Part shown: positions 1 to 9,793 of the stretch, piece by piece | Position numbering within the stretch: the first letter of the stretch is position 1 | Layout: each line of letters opens with the position of its first letter | Assembly (NCBI GenBank): GCA_051251915.1 | Contig: JBPOGF010000004.1 | Span: 128,001-192,000, forward strand | Direction of reading: 5' to 3' | Origin: Akkermansiaceae bacterium | GTDB lineage: Bacteria; Verrucomicrobiota; Verrucomicrobiia; Verrucomicrobiales; Akkermansiaceae | Length of the DNA stretch: 64,000 nucleotides | The notes under the pieces: model-generated | Told to the model about the DNA's origin: nothing | What the model saw: the letters and a program-made list of their open reading frames with translations, nothing else | Databases searched by the model: none | Program-made: the position numbers and the translations under genes

Positions 1-934
1 AGAGTTTTTGGGTTCCTAAGGATTCATGTTTCCAGGGTAGGTATATTGCCTCGCCGTCTGGGCCTTGATGCTCTAGTTCAATTCTCTTTTGCTGCTTCAG
101 TTCGTTGATCATCTTCTCGGCATCTGTGGAGGAGTAGCGATCACGTATTTCATCTTCTACCTCAGACGACAAAAATTGTTTTTTTACCCTGATGTTTGTG
201 ATTCCTAAGTCAGCGGATTTTAGAAGTTGGGTGATTAATTTCCTGTTATGATCATTTTGGATCCAGTCAGAGGTGAATTCCTCACTGAGTCTTTTCTCGG
301 CTTGGTCTATTAAGATTAAATGATCCTTAAACCATCTAAATACAGGTTCTAATAGCTCGTCTCCTAGACTGACTGATCTAGAGAGATAGAGCATGTTTTT
401 TAGTGTTAATTTACGACGTGTTTTATCCAGTGTTGCTTGGCTGGACTTACTGCCACTCCATTCATATTCGCTGCTGTTTGCATTCCATTTACGTTCATAT
501 CTGGTTTGCGAAGCTCCATTTTTATTTGGGAATACTTTGAGTGACTCATAGATCACTCTCTCTTGGGTTACGGCTAAGGTAAACTCATGCTTGATGTTTT
601 TGATGGCTATCTCGACTCTAAATACTGATGGTTCAGAGACAGGCGCGAATGCAAATGGGAAGACAGCCGGGATGGGTGTCTCGGGATCTGTGAATGAGGC
701 AGAATCTGTTACTAAATACCTAAGAACCCCCATTGCTTCTATTACTGAGGTTTTTCCACTAGCATTGGCTCCGTAGATTACAGCGCCTTTCAGCCAGGAT
801 TTATTGGTGATTCCTGGAATTTCAGAATGCATTACGTTTGACTTTAGTTCTTTATAGCTGTTCACAGCCTCCATGGTGAAGCTCTGCCGCTCGTGAAAGC
901 TTTTGTAGTTCGAGAACTCGAAATTCAGTAACAT
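1..934 (-). CDS. AAA/ABC-type ATPase (AAA_21, RloA/AbiEii-like), runs off the left edge of the window
   Basis: Not in the ORF track. Manual translation from ATG at 934: MLLNFEFSNYKSF...AVIYGANASGKTS (Walker A)...HESLGTQKL (ABC-signature-like). Lies downstream of hsdS on the same strand. Confidence 0.85.
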   Translation of the reverse strand, partial: MLLNFEFSNYKSFHERQSFTMEAVNSYKELKSNVMHSEIPGITNKSWLKGAVIYGANASGKTSVIEAMGVLRYLVTDSASFTDPETPIPAVFPFAFAPVSEPSVFRVEIAIKNIKHEFTLAVTQERVIYESLKVFPNKNGASQTRYERKWNANSSEYEWSGSKSSQATLDKTRRKLTLKNMLYLSRSVSLGDELLEPVFRWFKDHLILIDQAEKRLSEEFTSDWIQNDHNRKLITQLLKSADLGITNIRVKKQFLSSEVEDEIRDRYSSTDAEKMINELKQQKRIELEHQGPDGEAIYLPWKHESLGTQKL

Positions 935-1013
935 AGGTATGTAATTAGTGTATAATTATCCTTTGTAAAGCGATAATTGAGGATTTCACGTAGATTTCAG
1001 CCAGCTGTGGCGG

Positions 1014-2795
1014 TTAGAGGCTCTGGTTTACAATGCTGTCGGTGAGGGTGAGTTGGGTGGTTTGGGAGGTGGTGATGTTGGTTTTGAGGGTGTCGCAGAG
1101 GGACATGAGTTCTTCGACTTTGGCGACGATGCGTTTTTGTTCGGCTAGAGGAAGGATGGGAATGGGAGCTTGGAGGACTTTTTTAGGAGATGTGTGCTTC
1201 ACCTTCATACCAGTAGCAGTTCTGCGTAGTTCTTGTCGGAAGAATTTGGAATTAAAGAAAATGGCAAGAAACCTGTATGAAGTAAAACTACTATAAGTAA
1301 TAACTTTCCCTATTCGCTGATTGTGTAGGTATGTAAACTCGTTATCTGGTATAAAAGCAGGACTCCCAAGTAATCCGGCTGCTTGCTCTGTCATGGGGAT
1401 CATTAAGTCTCCAGATTCAAACACGAATTCTTGATTCATTTCACCTTCATAATATTTCGTTTTACTACCTCTATCACGGAAGCCTCCACTTTCGTAGAAG
1501 CTACCTGGCGTTATTAAAATATGCTGACATGGATCTTCTTTGAAGTATTTACTCTTGAAAGCATAGCCGTGCTTTAAGGATACAACATCATCTAATTGTG
1601 ACCAACTCCATGCTTCAGGAAGGTTGTAGAGATTTTCATATTCTTCTAGCTGACATAACCCTGATTGTTTCTTAATTTTTTTCTCCTTTAGAAACCGGGC
1701 TTTTTCGGTGGCGATGCGTTTTAGGAGTAGGGAGGCGGGTTCGTCGTTGGGGTCTTGGGGGACTAGTTTGCCCATGACGGCTAGTTGGAGGATGGTTTGT
1801 TTGAGGTGGTCGATGCTGGATTCTGTGGTGAAGAGGAGGTGGAAGTTGGATTCGATCTGCTGCCAGGCTTGTTGGAACTGGGCTGGGGTGGATGCGGTGG
1901 TGAGGGTGTCTAGGAGGGTTTTGACGAGGGTCTCATGGGTGTGGATGTGGTCTTCTGTTTGTTGCTCTAGCTTGTCACAGAGTTCCATGAGCTCATCCAC
2001 TTTGGCGACGATGCGGTGTTGTTCTTCTTTAGGAGGAACGCAGATTATGAAATTCTTGATGCTTTGCTGTGTAATACTGGCTTGATTAGCAGTTCCCTGC
2101 GCTTCTTGAACCAAATATTGCTTGAATCTTCTAGAGTTGATACATGTGAATAAGTACATTGGCACTAATTCATCCCAAAACCTTAACCTGACTGCATTCT
2201 GATTTAATAAAGAATTTCCAAATGTTTCATTGATAACGAATGATCTCCCTACTGCTGAAGTAGGTGCGGAAAACCAACTGCCAACAGTTGTCATAACAAT
2301 ATCATTAACATTCAGTAAATACTGAGAATAGTCAGAGGCTTTTTCCTCATCGATATATACAGAATTTTGAGTATGATTATCGGTTAGGTTTTTAATTTTT
2401 GTGATCATCAATCCGCTAGCTAAATAGTCCACTGATTTAAAAGCGTATCCTTTTTGAAAATTAGCTAGTTCACCTATTCTAGATTTTATCCACCCTTCAG
2501 GTAGATTAATGTTGATTTCCTCATTATCTATTTCATTAAGTGATTTTTGTTTTTTGATTACTTTATCTTTGATGAGCTGTTTTTTCTGATTTGCTATTCT
2601 TTTCAACAATTCTGAGGCTGGTTCATCATTTGGGTTTTGAGGGACTAACAATCCCTTAATAGCTAAAGTTCTGATCAGCTCTCGTAGTTTTTTAATCCCA
2701 TAAAGTTCTCGCTTCTTTCCTCCACCTCTTCCAGCCGAAGATTTCGCTTTTACGGTGGATGTCCAGAGGTCTAGGTGATCGGTGATGAGGTTCAT
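1014..2795 (-). CDS. hsdS: Type I restriction-modification specificity subunit
   Basis: Two TRDs with repeated conserved blocks (LVPQNPNDEPASELLKRIA / LVPQDPNDEPASLLLKRIA; EQHRIVAKVDELM / EQKRIVAKVEELM); next to hsdM. Confidence 0.95.
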   Translation of the reverse strand: MNLITDHLDLWTSTVKAKSSAGRGGGKKRELYGIKKLRELIRTLAIKGLLVPQNPNDEPASELLKRIANQKKQLIKDKVIKKQKSLNEIDNEEININLPEGWIKSRIGELANFQKGYAFKSVDYLASGLMITKIKNLTDNHTQNSVYIDEEKASDYSQYLLNVNDIVMTTVGSWFSAPTSAVGRSFVINETFGNSLLNQNAVRLRFWDELVPMYLFTCINSRRFKQYLVQEAQGTANQASITQQSIKNFIICVPPKEEQHRIVAKVDELMELCDKLEQQTEDHIHTHETLVKTLLDTLTTASTPAQFQQAWQQIESNFHLLFTTESSIDHLKQTILQLAVMGKLVPQDPNDEPASLLLKRIATEKARFLKEKKIKKQSGLCQLEEYENLYNLPEAWSWSQLDDVVSLKHGYAFKSKYFKEDPCQHILITPGSFYESGGFRDRGSKTKYYEGEMNQEFVFESGDLMIPMTEQAAGLLGSPAFIPDNEFTYLHNQRIGKVITYSSFTSYRFLAIFFNSKFFRQELRRTATGMKVKHTSPKKVLQAPIPILPLAEQKRIVAKVEELMSLCDTLKTNITTSQTTQLTLTDSIVNQSL

Positions 2796-2798
2796 GGA

Positions 2799-4250
2799 TT
2801 ACTTGGCGTCTGCGTCTGAGTTGAGGGCGGTGGAGAGGATGGATTTTAGCTGGTTGCGGAGGTTGTGGATGGCGGTTTGCTGGGTGTTGTAGGTTTTTAG
2901 GAGTTGTTGTGGATCGTGGTTGGTGGTTTCTGCTTGGTGGGGGTTGGTGATGTCTAGGTTGTAGTTGCGGGCTTTGATGTCGGCGATGCTGACTTTCCAG
3001 GCTTGGGGAGTTTCCTGGCGGTTGTTCCACCATTTTTTTTCTGGCTCGAATTCTTGGATGCGGATGGGTTTTGATTTGTTGTAGTTTTTGACGCCTTGTG
3101 GGTAGGGGTGCTCGTAGTACCAGATGTCTTGGGTGGGGGTGCCTTTTTCAAAGAAGAGGATGTTTGTCTTGATGCCGGTGTAGGGTGCGAAGACTCCATT
3201 GGGGAGGCGTACGATGGTGTGGAGGTTGCACTCGGTGAGGAGCTTTTCTTTGATGCGGGTCTTGACGCCTTCTCCGAAGAGGGTGCCGTCTGGGAGGACG
3301 AGGGCGGCTCTGCCGGTGTCCTTGAGCAGGCGCAGGATGAGTATGAGGAAGAGGTCTGCGGTTTCCTTGGTGCGGTAGGCGGTGGGGAAGTTGGACTCGA
3401 TGCCGTCTTCCTCTCGTCCGCCGAAGGGAGGATTGGTAATGACGATGTCGACTTTTTCTGATTTGGTGTAGGAGGTGAGTGGTCTGGCTAGGGTGTTGTC
3501 ATGGCGGATCTGGGAGGGGACATCGATGCCGTGGAGGAGCATGTTGGTGACGCAGAGCTGGTGGGGGAGGGCTTTCTTTTCTACTCCGTGGATGGCATTC
3601 TGGAGGAGGGTGCGGTGGGCGTCTGATTTCACCTGGGTGCGGAGGTGCTGGATGGCGCAGGTGAGGAAGCCGCCGGTGCCACAGGCGGGGTCTAGGATGG
3701 ATTCTCCGAGTTGTGGGTTTATCTGGTCTACGATGAACTGGGTGACGGCTCGTGGGGTGTAAAATTCACCAGCATTTCCTGCTGCTTGGAGGTCGCGGAG
3801 GAGCTGCTCGTAGAGGTCACCGAAGTTGTGGCGATCGTCTGTGGAGGTGAAGTCGATGTCGTTTAGTTTGTTGATGACTTGGCGTAGGAGGTGGCCTTTT
3901 TTCATGTAGTTGTAGGCGTCCTCGAATGCGTGGCGGACTACGTGGCCGGTTTTGTTGGCTTCTGTGAGGGTAAGTTTTTGGAGTGTTGGGAAGAGGTCGT
4001 TGTTGATGAAGGTGGTGAGGTCATCACCGGTGATGCCTTCTGGGTCTGCTGCCCAGGTGCGCCATTGGTATTGCTGTGGGATGATGGAGGTGTAGTCATC
4101 GTCCATGAGTTCTTGCTCTTGGTCACGGTCATCGTAGATTTTTAGGAATAGCATCCAGACTAGCTGGGATAGGCGCTGGGCGTCACCGTCTAGGCCCTCG
4201 TCTTGGCGCATGATGTCTTGGATGGATTTTACGGTGGTGGATAGGGACAT
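2799..4250 (-). CDS. hsdM: Type I RM N6-adenine methyltransferase
   Basis: GEFYTPR, DPACGTGGF (SAM binding) and NPPF catalytic motifs. Confidence 0.96.
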   Translation of the reverse strand: MSLSTTVKSIQDIMRQDEGLDGDAQRLSQLVWMLFLKIYDDRDQEQELMDDDYTSIIPQQYQWRTWAADPEGITGDDLTTFINNDLFPTLQKLTLTEANKTGHVVRHAFEDAYNYMKKGHLLRQVINKLNDIDFTSTDDRHNFGDLYEQLLRDLQAAGNAGEFYTPRAVTQFIVDQINPQLGESILDPACGTGGFLTCAIQHLRTQVKSDAHRTLLQNAIHGVEKKALPHQLCVTNMLLHGIDVPSQIRHDNTLARPLTSYTKSEKVDIVITNPPFGGREEDGIESNFPTAYRTKETADLFLILILRLLKDTGRAALVLPDGTLFGEGVKTRIKEKLLTECNLHTIVRLPNGVFAPYTGIKTNILFFEKGTPTQDIWYYEHPYPQGVKNYNKSKPIRIQEFEPEKKWWNNRQETPQAWKVSIADIKARNYNLDITNPHQAETTNHDPQQLLKTYNTQQTAIHNLRNQLKSILSTALNSDADAK

Positions 4251-4252
4251 GA

Positions 4253-4286
4253 TGAATTATGAATGTGGAATTATGAATTATGAAAT
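4253..4286. repeat. Tandem heptamer repeat (TGAATTA-like, about 4.5 copies)
   Basis: tgaatta tgaatgt ggaatta tgaatta tgaaat, directly upstream of the hsdM start. Confidence 0.7.
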
Positions 4287-4314
4287 CTTGGGAGATGGGG
4301 GGCTTGGTGCTTTG

Positions 4315-5007
4315 CTAGCTGTTTTGGGTGAGTTGGATGACTGTTTGTAGGAGGGTGCCTGTGAGTGGCTGGACTCTGAGGTCGATGGGGAGGAAGAGAC
4401 CATTTTTGAGTGCGATGATGTTGCCGCTGTGGGTGTCTGAGATGACGACATTCTGCTTGGGGTCAAAGTAAGCAATGTCTCCGTTTATAGTAAATTTTTT
4501 CCAGCCTGTGTTGATGAAAAAAGCGTTTATTTCCTGATCTGTGGCTGGAGTGCCCTTGATGGCTGGCTGGGTGATGATGAGGCGTAGTCCTTGATCTGTG
4601 TCTAGTGCTCCTAAGAAGCTGACGGTATCACCAAAAAGTTGATTATGCAGCATCCAGCGCTCGAGATAGTCGATAGGCGAGGCACTGGGTTCTTCATCGT
4701 TTCTATGCACGACTAGCATTCCGAAGTGATCAGCCCAAGTGGCTTTGAGAAAACTGGAAGAATCTGAGCAGAACCAAACTTGGTGCTCATTTCCTTCATC
4801 GCTAGGAGCTGTGTCTAGCTGGTGGGGCGCTTCGGTGAGTAAGAGTCCGTTCGTGGACGCATATTCCCTGAAGATCTGGAGCTCTTCTGCGTAATAGGTG
4901 TAGCCTCCCGGAACGCCCGCAACTGTGTTACAGCGTCTTCTGAGCTGCTTAACAAGTTCTGGGAGCGTGCTTCCCGCATGACTTCTGCTATTTCCATGGG
5001 CTGACAT
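4315..5007 (-). CDS. Protein-kinase-like fold protein (Kinase-PolyVal-like)
   Basis: GNEHQVW loop, FLKAT lysine, ASPIDYLERWMLHNQLFGD, catalytic-loop-like SDTHSGNII and PID. Confidence 0.7.
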   Translation of the reverse strand: MSAHGNSRSHAGSTLPELVKQLRRRCNTVAGVPGGYTYYAEELQIFREYASTNGLLLTEAPHQLDTAPSDEGNEHQVWFCSDSSSFLKATWADHFGMLVVHRNDEEPSASPIDYLERWMLHNQLFGDTVSFLGALDTDQGLRLIITQPAIKGTPATDQEINAFFINTGWKKFTINGDIAYFDPKQNVVISDTHSGNIIALKNGLFLPIDLRVQPLTGTLLQTVIQLTQNS

Positions 5008-5049
5008 TAACTAAGATTTAATAGTATTTCAAGTGAAATTGTGTGATGG

Positions 5050-7557
5050 CTATGCGGCGTAGAGGGCATTTTCTAGGGCTTTGACTGCGGCTAGGTAGGA
5101 TTGTTTGTTGCCGAAGAGCTTGATGAGTTCTAGTGGGCGTCCCATTTGGCTGATGGGTTGGAGGCGGAGGAGTTCGATGGGTTTGGTGTCGAATTCTTCG
5201 AGTCCGTTGTCGGCATATTTTTCTAGCAGGGCGTCTAGGACGGCTTTGGCTTGGTCGCTGTGCTGGGTGTAGACGTCTGAGAGTTTGGCTTTCTTGGCGC
5301 GCTCGCTACGGGTGAGGGCTGGCTGGTCAAAGGCTACGTGGCAGATGAGGTCGAAGGCGTCGTAGCCCTTGCCAACTTTTTCGCGCAGGGCGTCGAGGAT
5401 GAGGCCTTGGGCTGCGAGTTCATTGATGATGGCGTTTTTCTGGTCTTCGGCGGACCAGCGCTGGAGGAACTGGTCGAGGGACTGGTAGCCTTTAGGTCCT
5501 TTAGCGACAGTTTTCTTGGTGTAGTCTTTGAGTGAGGTGGTGATGAGGGTTCCGTCGCTATCGAGGAACTGGACACGCTCTGAGATGATGTTGACGTCGA
5601 TTCCTCGGATGCGGTATTTTTTGATTTCGGTGTCGTTTGGGTCGAATGCTCCGTCACTAGGATTTCCTGTAGAGGTGAAGCCGCCAGGTTCGTAGATGGA
5701 GCCAGGTACAATAGGGTCTGGGTCTATGGGATCGTCATCTGTGCCTGTGTCTGTAGGCTCTGTTATCTCTGGTGGGTTGATGGGATCGTTTTCCTTTGGC
5801 TCATAGATCTGGACGGGATCTCCATCGAAATCTGGGTCGGCGAAGAGTTCGGTGGCTTTTCTGAAGTCGATGATGGTGAAGAAGGTTTTGCCGTGTTCTT
5901 CATTGATGCGGGTGCCGCGTCCGATGATCTGCTTAAACTCGGTCATGGATTTGATGGTGCGGTCTAGGACGATGAGTTGGCATGTCTGGGCATCGACTCC
6001 CGTGGTCATGAGCTTGGAGGTGGTGGCGATGACTGGGTAGGTGGATTCAGGGTCGATGAAGTTGTCTAGCTCAGCTTTGCCTTCTGGGTTGTCACCGGTG
6101 ATGCGCATGACGTATTTAGCATTTACTGCGCAGTGCTCACCATTTTCATTTACTAGGGCTTGTCTCATGCGCTCGGCATGGTCGATATTTTCGCAGAAGA
6201 CGATGGTCTTGGCGAAGGGGGTGTCTCGCTCGGTGAGGAACTGGGTGATCTTCTTGGCGACTAGTTCGGTGCGGTCGTCAATGATGAGTTTGCGGTCGAA
6301 GTCTTTGGCGTTGTATTCGCGGTCTTCGATGAGGTTGCCGTCGATGTCTGTGTCGCCAGCTTCAGGTCGGTATCCGTGGGCATCGATATCGATGAGTGGG
6401 CGGATGACTTTGTAGGGAGCGAGGAAGCCGTCATCGATGCCTTGTTTGAGTGAGTAGGTGTAGATGGGGTCGCCAAAGTAGTGAGCATTTGAGACGTCTT
6501 TTGATTCTTTGGGGGTGGCTGTGAGTCCTACTTGGGTGGCGGCGCTGAAGTATTCTAGGATTTCATGCCATTCTGAGTCTTCATTTGCGCTGCCGCGGTG
6601 GCACTCGTCGATGATGATGAGGTCGAAGAATTCTTTGGTGAATTGTTTGTAGACTTTCTGGTGTTCTTTGGGGCCTGTTAGAGCTTGGTAGAGGCCGAGG
6701 TAAATTTCTCTGGAGGTGTCTACTGAGCGACGTCCTTTGGTTCCTTGTGACTTGGTCATGGCTAGGTCGATGGAGACTTTGGTTCCGTCACTGCGCTCGA
6801 TGGTTTTTGACTTTGTGGAGAGTTTGGTCATGGCGTCACCTAGCGGTCTGAAATCGTTGACCATGGTTTGGTCGATGAGGATGTTTCTATCAGCTAGGAA
6901 GAGGACGCGTTTCTTTTCTTTAGATTTCCATAGTCTCCAGATTATCTGAAGCGCGGTGTAGGTCTTGCCTGTGCCAGTGGCCATGACGAGCATGATGCGC
7001 TGATGTCCACGAGCAACGGCATCGATAGTTCTGTTGATCGCGTTGAGCTGGTAATAGCGAGGTTTCTTGTCTGAGCCATCGGAATGGAAGTCTTGGCTGA
7101 TGAGTGGGAGTTTATCGTTGTCCCATTTTTCATTGTTTTTCCAGAGTTCCCAGAGTTCTTCTGGGGAGGGGAATTCTTCGTTGCTGATATTTTTCTCGCT
7201 GGTGTAGAGTGGTTGTGAGAGGTCTCGCATTACGAAGCCATCGCCATTTGCTGAAAAGACGAAAGGGACTGGCATCATCTCTGCGTAGTCCATGGCTTGT
7301 TGCATCCCAGCACCGATAGCATGCTTGTTGTTCTTAGCTTCGATGATGGCGATAGGGATGTTTGGCTTATAGAAAAGAACGTAATCAATGGTCTTGCCTT
7401 CTCCACGAGTAGAGTGGTTTCCAAAGACTCTGATACGCCCTTTGGTTAACGAATATTCCTCAAGCATCTGCGTTTGAATATCCCACCCGGCTGCTTTGAT
7501 AGCAGGGGTGATGAATTTGGTGCGGATATCGGTTTCGCTGAGTTCTTTTTTGTTCAT
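5050..7557 (-). CDS. hsdR: Type I restriction endonuclease R subunit (EcoAI/EcoEI-like)
   Basis: IDYVL..IIEAK nuclease motif, MATGTGKT, DECH, TAT and QIIGRGTR helicase motifs. Confidence 0.95.
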   Translation of the reverse strand: MNKKELSETDIRTKFITPAIKAAGWDIQTQMLEEYSLTKGRIRVFGNHSTRGEGKTIDYVLFYKPNIPIAIIEAKNNKHAIGAGMQQAMDYAEMMPVPFVFSANGDGFVMRDLSQPLYTSEKNISNEEFPSPEELWELWKNNEKWDNDKLPLISQDFHSDGSDKKPRYYQLNAINRTIDAVARGHQRIMLVMATGTGKTYTALQIIWRLWKSKEKKRVLFLADRNILIDQTMVNDFRPLGDAMTKLSTKSKTIERSDGTKVSIDLAMTKSQGTKGRRSVDTSREIYLGLYQALTGPKEHQKVYKQFTKEFFDLIIIDECHRGSANEDSEWHEILEYFSAATQVGLTATPKESKDVSNAHYFGDPIYTYSLKQGIDDGFLAPYKVIRPLIDIDAHGYRPEAGDTDIDGNLIEDREYNAKDFDRKLIIDDRTELVAKKITQFLTERDTPFAKTIVFCENIDHAERMRQALVNENGEHCAVNAKYVMRITGDNPEGKAELDNFIDPESTYPVIATTSKLMTTGVDAQTCQLIVLDRTIKSMTEFKQIIGRGTRINEEHGKTFFTIIDFRKATELFADPDFDGDPVQIYEPKENDPINPPEITEPTDTGTDDDPIDPDPIVPGSIYEPGGFTSTGNPSDGAFDPNDTEIKKYRIRGIDVNIISERVQFLDSDGTLITTSLKDYTKKTVAKGPKGYQSLDQFLQRWSAEDQKNAIINELAAQGLILDALREKVGKGYDAFDLICHVAFDQPALTRSERAKKAKLSDVYTQHSDQAKAVLDALLEKYADNGLEEFDTKPIELLRLQPISQMGRPLELIKLFGNKQSYLAAVKALENALYAA

Positions 7558-7653
7558 TCTAGGAACACTGAGGTATTGTTAGAGAGATTATGCTTATATG
7601 TTTCTAGGACAAGGATAAAGACATTATAATGTTAATGGCTTACTGTGAGTAAT

Positions 7654-7691
7654 AAAAAACGCCTCAAGCTAGCGGGTAGCTTGAGGCGTTT
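7654..7691 (-). terminator. Intrinsic terminator after tkt
   Basis: aaacgcctcaagcta-gcggg-tagcttgaggcgttt stem with a U-run on the minus strand. Confidence 0.85.
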
Positions 7692-7718
7692 GGAAATGTT
7701 CTGTGTTCTAGTTTAGAT

Positions 7719-9713
7719 CTAGAGTGATTTTGCTGCTGTTACTACGTCGTCTGCGGTCATTCCTAGTTCTTTCATGACTACGTCACCAGGAGCTGAGATG
7801 CCGAAGCGGTCGATGCCGAGGACTTTGCCTTCTGAGCCGACGTATTTCCACCAGAGTCCTGAGACGCCGGCTTCGATGGCTACGCGGTTTTTGCAGTCGC
7901 ATGGGAGAACGCTTTTCTTGTAGTCGCAGGATTGGCGATCGAAGCGCTCTAGGCATGGCATGGATACGACGCGGACGCCGTCGCCTAGTTCTTTGGCGGC
8001 GTTTACGATGTGGTCTAGTTCTGAGCCAGATGCCATGAGGATGACTTTGAGGTCACCAGTTTCTTTCTTGAGGATGTAGCCTCCTTTGAGTGTTCCTTCA
8101 CGTCTTACAGATGCTGGGACGTCTGTGTGGTTTCCTACTTTTTGACGGGTGAGGATGAGTGCTGTGGGGCCGTCATTTTTCTCGATAGCGCCAGCCCAAG
8201 CTGCTGCTACTTCTTCAGGGTCTCCAGGACGATAGACATCGAGTCCTGGGATGACGCGGAGGCCGCTGACTGTTTCTACTGGTTGGTGAGTAGGTCCGTC
8301 TTCGCCTACGCCAACTGAGTCGTGTGTGAAGATGTAGTTTACTGGTAGGTTAGCAAGTGCTGCGAGTCTGATAGATGGTCTGAGGTAGTCTGCGAATACG
8401 CAGAATGTGGCGCCGGATGGACGGAAGAGTCCGTCGTATGCGATGCCGTTACAGATAGCGCCCATTGCGTGCTCACGGATACCGAACCAGATGTTTCTTC
8501 CGCAAGGAGTTTCAGGTTTGTAGTCTCCGCCGTCTTTGATGTAGTTCTTAGTAGATCCGTAGAGGTCTGCTGAGCCTGTTACCATTTGTGGAACTTGCTG
8601 AGCGAGGGCGTTGATGATGACTCCACCAGTTCCGCGGGTTGCGTCTGCGTAGTCTGCATCGAATTCTGGGATGTTAGCGAGGAGTGCTTCTGCGGACTCG
8701 TTTGTGCCGCCAGATGCTAGTTGTTTAGCAAGTTCTGGGTTAGCTGCTGACCATGCATCGAATGTTTTTGTCCATTCTGCGTGAGCTGCTGCTTTTGCTT
8801 TTGCTTGCTCTGCAAAGTATGCTTTGACTTCGTCTGAGACGTAGAAGCCGCTGAGTGGGAGACCGAGGCCTTCTTTAGCAGATTCAGCGAAGTTAGCACC
8901 GCCTTCTCCGTGTCCTTTAGCTGTTCCGGCAACTTCAGGGATGCCTTTAGCGATGAGTGTTTTGGCGATGATGACGCTTGGTTTGCCGTTGGTGTTTGCT
9001 TTTGATGCTTCTACTGCTTCGGCTACTGCTGCTACGTCGTGGCCATCGATGACGACTGCGTTCCAGCCTTGTGACTCGAAGTATTTTTTAGATTGGTCAC
9101 CTTGAGTGACGTCAGCCATTGCATCGAGTGTGACGTCGTTGCTGTCGTAGATGAGTGTGAGGTTGTCTAGCTCGTTGTGGCCTGCGAATTCGATAGCTTC
9201 GCGAGCTACACCTTCTTGGAGGCATCCGTCACCGTTGAGGGCTATGATGTTGTGGTTGAAAATTTCGTGTTCGTCGGTGTTGTAGATGGCAGCTGCGCGT
9301 TTGCCGCTCATTGCGTATCCGACTGCGTTTGCGATTCCTTGACCGAGTGGTCCTGTGGTTGCTTCTACGCCTGGAGTTTCGTTAAATTCTGGGTGACCTG
9401 GTGTGATGGAGTGGAGTTTGCGGAAGTCTTTGACCGCTTGTAGTGGGACATCGTAGCCGCTGAGGTGGAGCCAGCTGTAGATGAACATGGAGCCGTGTCC
9501 TGCTGATAGGATGAAGCGGTCTCTGTTGAGCCATTTAGGTGCTGCTGGATCAAAATTTAGAGTTTCTCCGAAAAGGACTGCTCCGATCTCTGCACAACCT
9601 AGAGGAAGTCCCAAGTGGCCTGATGAGCAAGCGTGAACTGCATCAATTGCTAGTCCACGTGCTTCGTTTGCTGCTTTATTAAGTATTTCTTTATTCATAT
9701 ATGCGTAGACCAT
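7719..9713 (-). CDS. tkt: Transketolase (likely start MNKEIL at 9698)
   Basis: [26 protein letters not shown] (TPP binding), [17 protein letters not shown]. Confidence 0.97.
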   Translation of the reverse strand: MVYAYMNKEILNKAANEARGLAIDAVHACSSGHLGLPLGCAEIGAVLFGETLNFDPAAPKWLNRDRFILSAGHGSMFIYSWLHLSGYDVPLQAVKDFRKLHSITPGHPEFNETPGVEATTGPLGQGIANAVGYAMSGKRAAAIYNTDEHEIFNHNIIALNGDGCLQEGVAREAIEFAGHNELDNLTLIYDSNDVTLDAMADVTQGDQSKKYFESQGWNAVVIDGHDVAAVAEAVEASKANTNGKPSVIIAKTLIAKGIPEVAGTAKGHGEGGANFAESAKEGLGLPLSGFYVSDEVKAYFAEQAKAKAAAHAEWTKTFDAWSAANPELAKQLASGGTNESAEALLANIPEFDADYADATRGTGGVIINALAQQVPQMVTGSADLYGSTKNYIKDGGDYKPETPCGRNIWFGIREHAMGAICNGIAYDGLFRPSGATFCVFADYLRPSIRLAALANLPVNYIFTHDSVGVGEDGPTHQPVETVSGLRVIPGLDVYRPGDPEEVAAAWAGAIEKNDGPTALILTRQKVGNHTDVPASVRREGTLKGGYILKKETGDLKVILMASGSELDHIVNAAKELGDGVRVVSMPCLERFDRQSCDYKKSVLPCDCKNRVAIEAGVSGLWWKYVGSEGKVLGIDRFGISAPGDVVMKELGMTADDVVTAAKSL

Positions 9714-9793
9714 CCATGAATGAGGTGGTTAGGACAAGCCACAAATCTCTTATTTTGACTTTTTTCATGGTAAACTGTGTCAGTATTAGTTAA

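Noticed and set aside
591..776. Short + strand ORF, and the many other short antisense or overlapping ORFs in the track
   Set aside because: They overlap well-supported genes and are explained by codon bias.
1014..2795. Invertible hsdS shufflon
   Set aside because: Single hsdS, direct rather than inverted repeats, and no recombinase in the window.
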